Of a DNA stretch of 64,000 nt, positions 38,386 to 49,380 are shown piece after piece. The notes below the pieces were generated by a model that was not told the origin of the DNA, did not search any database, and worked only from the letters and a program-made list of their open reading frames with translations. The stretch's first letter is position 1. Each line of letters begins with the position of its first letter. Source of the stretch: Glaucostegus cemiculus (lineage: Eukaryota). Made by a program: the position numbers and the translations under genes. The stretch is taken from the NCBI GenBank assembly GCA_976551045.1, contig CDPCPM010000019.1, forward strand, positions 4,464,001 through 4,528,000. Direction: 5' to 3'.

Positions 38386-41300
38386 TTTTGTTTAATGTAA
38401 ATAAGTATGACGTCCTATCATACTTATCGCTATTTTCCTTGATTTCTCTTGATAAATTTCCTTCGGCAAAAAGGGACGATGTTTAAAATAAATTAAAATT
38501 AATAGAGTATTCAGTAAATAATAAACTGCGTGCACGCATAAAGATTAATGCACATGACCTGTGCTATTGCGCCACATTCAGAACCTTAAACTATAATATT
38601 CATCGCAATCTATGGATGTTAACAAAAGCAAAGCGCTATGCTTTGCGATATGTATTTGCTCTGTCCATACACTTGTGTACAATGTGGCCCAATATTCAAT
38701 TCCATTATATATCAACAATATAAATGTTCTGTACTGGCTATAAAACTTTGATTGCAACCTATAAAAGCTCCATAGACTTCAAAATGCATATATACAATCT
38801 GTACTGTATGAGAATTGATATAACATAAGCTTAGACAAAGGACGAACGCAAGAATAGGAGTAGTACAATTTCGTCTGCAAAGCACCTTCAAACGGAGCAC
38901 TTATTAGTGCAGAGCTCTGATCTACAGGACCATGTGGTAATGATGCCCTTCTGTCATTGTCTGCTCTGTGCTCACGCCTGTAGAACACTTGTTTTAGGTG
39001 TTCTTGTATTTCCCAGCAGTAACAAATCGAATGACAATGGAGTATTAAAAAGAACAACATCCGGGTAAACAGTAAATCTATGCAAGAGGTTCTTTGAACG
39101 TGCGGTTTCCTTAAAGGGAAAGGCTGGATCAATGCGATCGATAGCGAAGGTTTTCCCTATTCCTATATCAAATGAATGTCGTTGCTGATAAAGCCTCATA
39201 TGGGGAGCTTCACTGGGCGAGTTCTCCATTGTTTTTTACTCGAGTTGTGACAAAATGAAAATCGATGCCAGCGAGTCACTAACGCCACAAATAAAACAAA
39301 GGCTTGTTTGCACTGACCCACGGTCTGGCCGGCCAAAGTTCTTTGTGATAAAGGTGAGAGGGAGAGAGAGAAAAAAAAACACAAGAACGCGAACTCCATC
39401 AGTCCACCCCAAGGGGGATTGATGTGCGGAAACACGTTCAACTAGCAATGTCTAAATTATGAAATGTGCACAAAACAACCTGCAAATTATAACAATGTTC
39501 AGAACAAGGAGTGACATGGGGAGGGTTAGGGTTGGGACGAGGGAGCAGAAGCGTTTTACTTTTACAGAACGTACATCAACCTTGAAAAGATGATCACATT
39601 CATCATGATAAACACGAGCTGAGCGTTACCAAGTAAAATCTCAATGTCAAGGCGAAGACTAAATCTTGCAACAGGAGACACAAGATCATAAGTTACTTGA
39701 AGTGCAACGATGGTTTCGTAATGAGGGTTCACTTCAGTCGCACTAACTATATTAAAGTATATTTTTGTAGACTTTTAGAATTATGTTTTAATGACATATA
39801 CTCAAAAGAAGGCTCTTCATGATAGGAAAGTGGGTTCAATATCGGGAAGTCTAGATGTATTGTTCCAGAGTTAAGAAACTGGTCTTACACATCAGAAGAA
39901 TACCGTACTGACTAAACTGCGCATTGTTTTCACATTGTTACACGTCCTACTGATAAGAGGAAATCTCTGGAGAACAATAAATATCGATAATGCAATTATG
40001 CTATTAAAATCTGTATATTATGTATAGCCCGCATGCATGATGTTTGACAACGGCCTATTCTTCTTAAAGCTGCCAAACATTTCGTCAAATAACCCCAAAC
40101 ATTGCAGCAAAAACAATATCTGATTAACAAATCCGCTTTGTACCTGAAAATGTTTACAAATTGACCTTTAGTATTATGATTTGAAATATTACGTAATTTT
40201 CCAAAAGTGGCCTCCACGTATATTTTACTTTTAAACATATAGTATTATTTTATACAGATTATCGGGCATCAGGAAGAATATGCAATACAATTATTAATGG
40301 TATTACATATGGAAAGTATTTTCAATGTTTACAGGCACCTTAAATAATTGGAAAGTGTTTTAATTTGAAAGGTGTGAGCGTTAGTCCGGCAGTGGAAAGC
40401 CAAACTTTGGCTCCCAGGAATTTGTTCTATAGAGCGGCCAATGAAATAAGAATCATACACACACCTTGATCAAGCTATGAAATTATTAATAAAGGCCTTA
40501 TAAAGAACACACCTTAAAATAGAATAAATAAGAAACAATTAATTAGTGTGGGTGCTATTGTGACAATCCAGAAAGAGTTAAATTAACAGACGTGCAAGCT
40601 GCAATGTTCAACCTGGATCAAATTCGTAATTACTGTATGCGAGTTACACGTTATTCAAATAATGTTTATAATACAATGAATCTAAGGAAAAATACTCAAT
40701 CACCCGGGGAATAGTATGTTTTATAGTATTTGTGAAAATAATTAGAATTATATATTCAGGTCTTGCCTGAGATTTCGGCATCATTTGTAAATGTTAACGG
40801 TATGTGCCAGCATTTGTAAACTAACTGGATTCAGTATTGTTGCATGATGGGGGGGACACCTCCTCCCTCCCCCCTCCCCCCCCCCCACCCACTGCACGTC
40901 CCCCAACACTAACTGAAACACATCACTTACAATGCCGCTGATTCCTTATCATGTCCATATCGGTGTCCCAGAAGAGCGCCTAATTAATGCACGAATGCGA
41001 GAACTTTTCGCCGGCAGTCCTTCACATCAAAAGCACATTTGAATTTGTATTGACACAGCATGTTGGAATGCAATTTTCATCATGCGGAAGCGTTTAACGA
41101 GCGCCGCGCGGGCGAGCTTAAAAAGTACTGGACATCCAATCGCTTTGAATTGCAATTTGCTGCACTAATTGGATTCCTGTCACTGAAAGCGCAGCCGCCA
41201 CCGTACATGCAGTTTTCTGTCTAGCTAAGTTTATTTCTCCGACAGAAACACGTATATAATCATCGTGTCAGTTTCTGTTGGCGACATTAAGTGGACATCG

Positions 41301-43117
41301 ATTAAATCTTAAACGAATTAATTTCGGTTAAAGTGCAAAATTGTGTCACATATCATTTTCATTGTCGACTTTTAATAAGATTTACTTAGGCCCTTAAAGA
41401 GAGTCAGGAAGACAAAGCTTCAATGATTGTTTTTTTTTAAATAGTTAGTCTCCTGTGATATATGTGCATTGCATACTGGCGAACTTACTTTTATTACTGT
41501 TTTAAGTGAAACTCTTTAAATCGTTCTCTACTCACATTAGCAAGTTTGGGCAATCACATTATTATTTGTTTGGTCTGAATGCAGAAAGAAAAATACATCG
41601 ACAATTAAATAATAGTAAAACTGTTTGTTGATAAAAACAAGTGAACTATCATTGTCATCAACCGTGCAAATTAAATGTCGTTAAAATGGTAGCGAGGAGG
41701 GTACTCAAACTACCAGGAGACAAAGGGATGATAATGTGGACGGCAGTGCCGGGAAGACTGTAGCTGTCTTACTGGAACAAGTCGGATCAGATTCCAAATC
41801 AATGTCTAACCAGGTCCTTAGGTTTATGTTATTGTTGCCAGCATTAATGCCCTTTTAATCTTCTAAAGATTATCCTCATCGATCCACGTCCGTATACACA
41901 GATTTTTTTATAAAGTGACATAACCACATTTATTGAAATGCTGTGATAAAAATAAATGCCACTGTTTCACACCACCCCCCGCCCTCCTTCGTCCCGCAGT
42001 TCCTAGGAATCTTTCTATATTAGTGAACATTAATAAGGTGTAACCCTTTCACACAAGGGGTTGCCAGAGGCAAACACCAGGAGCGAGAGGGTTTCAATTA
42101 TTAATTTCCCAATTGCACCAACAACAACCAACAACTGATCCGAGTGACTGGAAAGACGACAGGATTAAAGGAATCTCACTAATGTCAGTATTGTGGCTAA
42201 TTTATTGGTTTTATAGGTAGTAGTCCACATTAAGATTCTCTCGCATATCCATACTTTGGAATAATTTCATTTTTATTTTATAATTTTCTCCAAATTGACG
42301 TTCTAAACATAAATCATTTATCGCGAGCCATCGCGAGAGAGAAAGATACTGGTTGACAAAGCTATCAGCTCCAGCGGCGAATGAGTCCCCAGATTTTCCC
42401 TGTTTAAAACCGAAGCAAGGGTGACGTTGCAGTAAGCAACCGGTCATGCAGAGATTTTCATTAATAATTCATATCTGCGGCTTCTGTGCTTCTTTTCAAA
42501 GCACTGCCAGTAAGCATATCATATCGCTGGACAATATATAAAAGAACATCAAGCTATTGCACATATTTTATACTTAACAAATAAAATGCTTGATATTTCA
42601 TCAACATCACACTCACGAGGATTCGTACAAATCCCACATGTTGGATGAAATGTTGTTGCTTTTCTGGTCATTTCCCTCCCTCTTGGTCTATATTTGGCTC
42701 GAGTTAATAAGCCATTATACGAACTTATATCTTCCGAATTCTGTTGCGGTATATAATGCACGAACCTCTTAACTCATTAATTCTGCAGCAGCGATGCCAT
42801 AATGTACGACCACGCACAATGGGTTGATAAATATAGGATATACTTCGTAAAATGTTTATTTTACTGTCGGGGTTGTTCTTTTTATTGCATGGTGTTTATA
42901 CACACTAAATCAGCTGTGCAATGAACAGTCCAATTATTCAAATGAGAATTGACCGCGAACCTGAGGGAGACAGGGTGGAAATTTATTGGTACACTTCACT
43001 TACAAATTAAAAAAAAACACTAAATGCGATATATGCTGTTATTTTTGTTTTGTGGTTTCGCTCTGAGATTTGAATTGTGCCTTGATATTGTTGGGCAATC
43101 ACATAATCCTGAAGATG

Positions 43118-43118
<1 letters not shown>

Positions 43119-43193
<75 letters not shown>
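43119..43193. repeat. (TG)37 microsatellite
   Basis: Perfect dinucleotide run. Confidence 0.97.
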
Positions 43194-43195
<2 letters not shown>

Positions 43196-44372
43196 ACAGA
43201 CGATCAGACCGGGTTACTATTTCAAGGCAGTTTTAAAAATGTCTCTTCTGGGTCTTTCAGGTCAAAAGCGTAGCTGAATTCAAAAGCTAATGGCTGCAGA
43301 CCGTTTCAGAGTGGCCTTTTCTGCTCATCAGCTTTATCGATTGAATGTATTTTAATTCTAGTAATGTTATACCTGCCAATTTGACAACTTGTAATCTCAA
43401 ATACTTTAACATGATTGTTGGTAAGGCGATGCCTATGCCATTTAAAAAAAATAGCTTGATTCCGAATTTTGCAAGTTCCCGAATGAAAATCTATCATATT
43501 GCTTGTAGTTTTATAAATGCAGATCCTAATCAATTGGGAAGTTGTGTGAAAAGTGAAAGCATAAACGTTGCTTAAAAGAAAATAATGTAGCAAAATGGAA
43601 CAATTACGGCAGTCATGCACCGCGTCTCTCAGGTTCGGTGCGCAGGGATATACTTTTTCCATTGAATGCAGAGAAAAGCTAAGTTTAATAGGAAAAGTAA
43701 TTACAACAATTACGCCACGTGACCTTGGTTTACGCCATCGTCCCTGATTTGTTTAAACGGATATTGACATCAGCGATGAAAACAAACATGTTTGTAATAA
43801 ATGGTGGCAATATATCATATAAAATGGACGCAATATAAAGTTTATATTTCCCCGTTTAAAAAATGTAAAATATTGTATAGCCCCGTGCTGTAATTTTCTC
43901 TCATTTATATTGCAATATATCGAGGCATCACTGAAAGCCCTATGTAAGAAAACTATTTTCTAATTCTTCATATTTATTATTAAGATTACGTCAGGTGGTG
44001 AGATAAATATATGAATCGAGCTAAGCAATTCGATAGGTGTTGTTCCCATTGTCCTTTTGAGTTACGAAGGTTAAATTATCAGTCTTGACGCCGTATTGAT
44101 CTAAGCAAATACATTTAGGGAACACAAAAATATTTCTGCATACATATGCCTAAATAAAATTAATTCACTGAAAGAAGCTCTTGCAAAGTGGTTAGCAATT
44201 ACTTTCAGGATAACCATCTCAAAACTGCATGTAGTGAGTATCAAAGAAGATTTTAGAACAATGCAATGAATAATCTTCAAAGTGCAAGATTTAATTACAT
44301 AATGTTAAGTGGTTCCTAACTGCAGCCAAATGACCTACACAATAGGAATTAGCTCGGGTTGAGCGGCCGAAG

Positions 44373-44390
44373 CAGCCGCCAGAGGGCGGA
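44373..44390 (+). promoter_or_regulatory. Candidate CTCF site
   Basis: CAGCCGCCAGAGGGCGGA closely matches the CTCF core CCRCCAGRGGGCGC. It is an isolated GC-rich motif in AT-rich intron ~1 kb from exon 1. Confidence 0.55.
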
Positions 44391-45373
44391 AAAGCAATTC
44401 CACCGATGACCAAAAAGCACTGAAGCTCGTTCATCCCGTGCAGAATCGCTGGGATTCTCCACAACAAAACGACCGTTTACTTATAGTGCTGCACCATCTC
44501 ACCTATTTGTTTAATCACATGCAAAAGAGCTCAATGCCTGACACGCAACAGCCGTTATCCCTTAAACGTGAAACCACATTTTAGTCCATTCCTGGTTACC
44601 TATTAAAGAACAAACATTGCACCACCAGTAAGTAGCACAATTCTGCCTAGAAACAATTACATTTTAGAGGAATAAACCATTGCGTTTGAGAACCAGCTAA
44701 GTGCTTCAGACTTAATAGAAATCGGTTGGATTGCCTATGCCTATTTCAAAGCTGGCAATGAGCAAGGACAGACAATAATGGTCTGAGTAAAGTCCTCACC
44801 GATTTTAATCCTTGCGGATCTCTAAAACAGGGCTGAAGTTAATGTTAATAAAAGGAATAAAGGCTGCTTTATTACAAAGGAGGCACAGGCAATTCTGGCC
44901 CTGATATGGGCAGACAGGCCGGCAGCACGTAAGGATTTGGAGAGTGAAAGTGCGAATTTGTTTGGTGTCCATCAAGCAAGGGAAAAAATGCATTTGAACC
45001 CGGCATTAATTGAATGGTAATCAGATGTTGATGCCTGACCACGTTACTATTGTGGGTGTGTCGTTTCGTTAAGGGAATACTGAATTGTCTCATCATAGAG
45101 CTATTGTGCGAGCTCTAGACCAAGGAGAAACCTCAACGAGTTCTGCGGTGGTTGTAGTGGGGGAACAAAAAGGGGAAAATGTATGGGTCTTCCTGCAGCA
45201 CTGGTATGGTTGCCTCTAATCACAAAGAAAGACAGTAGCCCCTTGTCGATGAAACACGGCGTAGCTCCAATAACAACGGCAGTTTTTTTTTGGTCCATTT
45301 GCACCGTTTCTCTCTATCTACCACCAATTCTCACTACACAATCTCAATGTGCATGCATCGCCCCCCGGTTTAC

Positions 45374-46481
45374 CTGCGAGCCTTAAGGCTGACATTCTCT
45401 GGAACTCAGGCTCCTGCAGCCATTTCCACATCCGCCTGAAGGTCTCCCGTCCCGATTTAAGTTTACTCCAAGGCTTGGGGTTTCTTAAAAGGTCAGAGAG
45501 GGTTCCCTGTGAACGGCACAGCACCCTCTGAGCGAAGATCGCCTGCGGTATGCTGTAGCGTTTGAGTTCCGCTGTGATCCTTTGTGCTACTTCTTTGGTA
45601 TTAATTTCTTCCAGCTGGCCCGAGCTGGTGGTCTGCGAGCCGGAGGAGGACGGAGGCCGATCGCGGCTTGAAGCCAACACGGGCCCGTGAGACTGATGGT
45701 GACTTGAGTGACCGTGGTGGTGATGGTGATGCATGCCATTCAAATGGGGCATCATTCCCGCCGACGGGGCGCCGAGACCCCGAGATAGGTGCTGGTCCCC
45801 TCTGGCCAGCATGGCCGGGTGGGCTTCGAAGTTTGGGCTGAGCATCTTGTCGTGACTGTTGGACCCGTAGCCCTGGATGCCCTGATGACTGTTGTGGATG
45901 GAAGCCAGGCCGTTTCCGAGAGGGTTGCTGGACAGAGGAGAGAGGTTCTGAGTCATCCCGGGCATGTCCTTGTGGTAGGGGCTGTAGAGATTGTTCATGG
46001 CAGCGGGCAACCCCCTCTCATCCCGCATCAGGGTAAAGCTCCCGCTCACGTTGCCCGCGAGTCGCTGGTGGTGGTGATGGTGGTGGTGGTGGTGGTGGTG
46101 GTGAGGGTGGTGGAACTTATCCGAGACGGTGGATATAGGAGGCAGGGGCTGGAGTGGTGTGAGTGTGGTATAGGTGCTGCTCATGCCCATGCCAGGCGGA
46201 GACTCGCAGGACATGCTCATCGCCGGGTGCAGCGGGATAGAGAGCTCCGGCCGGTAGTCCCCAGTCCCGTCCAGGATGGAGGCCATACTGGATACCATTG
46301 CAGATCTGGTCGTCAGTTCCCGATGAGCCGCTGAAACTGCCTGCCGCTGCTGGCTGTTCATTAGATCGCCCGTGGATTGCTCATGGCTTATTCCACCATG
46401 CAAATTCCCAATGCTGTCCATTGTAATCTCCGGGTTCATGGCATATACCTCTTTGGCTATACATCTATACGCGTTGTTCAT
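45374..46481 (-). CDS. ONECUT2: ONECUT2 exon 1: N-terminus, TP box, His tract and CUT domain
   Basis: Has the ONECUT2-type N-terminus (AYRCIAKEVYAMNPEITMD), the TP box TLTPLQPLPPISTVSD, a His12 tract and the CUT domain EEINTKEVAQRITAELKRYSIPQ...WKWLQEP. The donor follows RLA-G. Synteny with ST8SIA3 and FECH identifies it as paralogue 2. Confidence 0.96.
46068..46103 (-). repeat. Coding (CAC)n repeat encoding His12
   Basis: 11 CAC codons plus 1 CAT codon. Confidence 0.9.
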
Positions 46482-46679
46482 TCAGTCCATTAGCGATTAT
46501 AATTATTTTTCTTTTGGCTTGGTAAATCAAGGGATTTTCTTGCTACATATATATGCATGTATAGATGATAGTATATACACACATACATACATATAAACAC
46601 ATATATATGTCAAAAGAGAAAAGAAAGATAAAAATGTTAAGGCCTCACGGGTTGCAAAGATCACCGATAACTCTCAGGC

Positions 46680-47140
46680 GGGTCAGTGCTGTTTCTCGCC
46701 ATGTCCGAGCCTGTCCTCCTCCTACGTCGACTGTTTAGACAGCTGGAGCCAGCCCTAGACGCATTCGCTCCTGGCTCAACCTAAATTGCTAACGTAAAGG
46801 GTGGCGGGTGTTTCTGACGGACACCAGTCCAGAGCGTATGAGAAGCTCTCGCTCCCTCTTCAATCTGCCTGGGTGGAAAGACCTGAGGATGCGTTATCCA
46901 ATGGTGGCGGTGGGGGGCGGGATGTCCGTTATCAGGTTAGATTGACGGGTTGTGTACAATCTGCCTCTCGCAACCCCCAGTTTTCTCCCCCACCCCCATC
47001 TCCAACTAAATCCACACCCCCTGAGCACACCTCCCCCCTCCCCACCCCAACACCAGCACCACAACCTTCCACGGGAGCCTGCATCACCGCGCCAACGACC
47101 TGAGCATTTTTTCCAAGCAATATTAACTTCCGGGTTCTAA
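46680..47140 (-). promoter_or_regulatory. Probable ONECUT2 promoter / 5'UTR region
   Basis: GC-rich segment upstream of the start, with a CCAAT at ~46898 next to a GC box (GGGGCGGG, ~46914-46921) and G-tracts on the - strand. The TSS cannot be determined from sequence. Confidence 0.55.
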
Positions 47141-48582
47141 GTAAGTCAGTGTTTTCTTATCCTCTTCCAATACTTGTTTTCTTACCGATCAGGCAGGCCA
47201 TCCAATTCGAAATAATTTATGAGATTCTAAAAGAAGTATTGCTTTTTTAAAAATCATAAATTTATTTTGTTTAAATTGGCAATCGTTGCATTTGAAATTA
47301 TATTAAGTTAACTCATTCAAATACAAGGTGAAAGCCAGCTATTAATATCTGGCTGGAGATCAATTATTTGCTTCTGCTGAAAAAAAAATATTTTGACTGA
47401 TATTTAAAAGCTTGGACATATATTTACGGCTTCTGATTGCAGTGTAATCAAAGATGGTTCAACAGAGGTCTCTCCTTTCGGAAATATCCAAGTTATGTTC
47501 AACCAAAACCATGAAAATCACAGTTAATTTAATTTAATGCAATGCGCCCCTGTTCAAAAAAAAAGATGAGATCGATTACTTTTAGTTGCTTGGGGACCAT
47601 AATATGTAACCTCGAATGTATACCACAACGCATCCCCAAAACAATCTCCGCATTTATAGCATTTTGTGTTAATTAATGGATAAAATTCCTTTCTCTATTG
47701 TAAATATATAGGCAACTATTTTTAATCATGTCTGGAGACATGACGGCGCACCACAGTTCTGAGGAATCAATTCAGTCTAATCGCATATTTCCAACGTTCG
47801 GTCTGATAGTTACTGACAACAACTCACCACGAAATATTAAGCAAAAATACTCAATAAGTATCCTGATTTAAAAAAAACGTTGCAAGTTTATATTTATTGC
47901 AGAGGACACAGGTCTGGTTTTGATTTACAATATTTTTTTTATAAAGTTGACCCGCAGAAAACTTCTGTTAGAAAAGCATTTTCGGCTGCATCTAAATCAT
48001 GTGTCATGTAAGATATCAGATAAACCCTAAATTACAAAGTAATATCTTTCTGATAATCTGCAAATCTCGACTGGACACGAAAATAAGTGAAAGTCGCATA
48101 AATATAAAATATAAGACATTTTTACATTTAGGCACAATTATTACTGATGATTAAGAGAAAATAATACTTTTAAAATATGTGTATTGAGAAATTATTTTAA
48201 TGCATTATGTTAGTTGGTTTATTTTTACAGGTTTCGCACAAAACGTGCAGAGTATTATTTCATCTACCCTTTTTCCTTTAGGTTTTGACTTTGCAGGGAA
48301 GGTGGGGAGGTTGCGCAGATGTGTCCATTGTTTGGGGGGCAGTAATTAAGGACAGGGGCTGGAAAAGAGCTTGAAACGCGTGACCTAGTTTCTTTTGATC
48401 GTCTGTCAAAGAGCAGCGGGGTCTGACGGATAAATATCCCTCCCTTGACTTTCAGCTGTTAGCAAACTTATAAGAAACTGGGGAAGTTGTAAGGAGTACC
48501 TGTTCCGTTTCGAGGATTGATCTGCAGCAATCGAACATTTTATCTGTTCTGAAAAAGATTTCAGTGCCGCTTGTTGTACGGC

Positions 48583-48590
48583 TGACGTCA
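48583..48590. promoter_or_regulatory. Full palindromic CRE (TGACGTCA) ~2.1 kb upstream of the ONECUT2 start codon
   Basis: Exact CREB/ATF consensus inside the palindrome CTGACGTCAG. Motif match only. Confidence 0.3.
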
Positions 48591-48954
48591 GTCACGGTGT
48601 TAGACTTACTTAAAAATCACGCGCTATAGAAGAGAAGATAACTTGCGACAGACTAACTTTTTTGTGATGAACCCCACTGCCGCAGTTTATTAGCTGTGCC
48701 ACTGTGAAGTATGCACACGTGTTTCTGTGGCTAAATAAGGGTAAATGACAGTTTCATTATATAAGCCTACACATTTCAAGATGTACATCACATTAATTTA
48801 TCACTGAGGAATTATGTTTGTCAATTGTGGTCTTTTAACGGTGCAAATAATTAGATTGCTGAGTATTAATTATCGTTGTGCTAAAAGTAAAAGATTGTCC
48901 CTTTATACCGAATAACTTATTTTCAGACCCCCTTTCATGTTCTCATGTTAAAAT

Positions 48955-49380
48955 ATTTTCTCTCCCTTCACACTCTCCTTTCTCTTTCTCTCCACTCCCC
49001 CGACTTCCTCTCCTGTTTTTTTCCATTCTCCATTTCTTTTGTCTGCGCTATCTTCTTTTTGCTTTCAAAAAGCCCCCGCCACCATCTCTCTCTCTCTCAA
49101 TTTCGAATCATTTCTTCTCGATACCCCCCTCCAATTTTCTTGCTTCATATTCTGTATTCTTTCCTCCCTCTCTATATTAACCCGTCTTGATTTTCTTTCC
49201 ACGGTGTCCACTCTACCTTTATGTTCTCCATTCTCCCTAGGTATTCTACTCTAAACTCTCTCACTATCCATTCCCATCTCCTTCTCCCCTTTTTCTCTTT
49301 CGTCATATTATCTCATTTGTTTTCCTAATTATTCATCTCACTGTTCATCTCATTCGCTCTCCTGCGTCCTCTCTCTGTAT
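48955..49380. repeat. CT-rich polypyrimidine low-complexity tract
   Basis: About 420 bp strongly biased to C/T on the + strand. Confidence 0.7.

Larger units (their letters stand above)
32047..45373 (-). other. ONECUT2: ONECUT2 single coding intron (13,327 bp, GT-AG, phase 1)
   Basis: Donor GCAG|GTAAAC at 45374/45373 and acceptor tcttcgcag|CG at 32047/32046. The joined CDS is 1401 nt and in frame. Confidence 0.9.

Noticed and set aside
43024-43273. ORFs with (CV)n repeats
   Set aside because: They are translations of the (TG)37 microsatellite.
45318-45373. C-terminal tail KPGGDACTLRLCSENWW of the 387-aa ORF
   Set aside because: This is read-through into the intron past the GT donor at 45373. 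A CUT-only isoform from intron retention cannot be supported from sequence alone.
45789-46334. 181-aa + strand ORF with poly-Val
   Set aside because: It is antisense to GC-rich ONECUT2 exon 1, and the poly-Val is the complement of the His codons.
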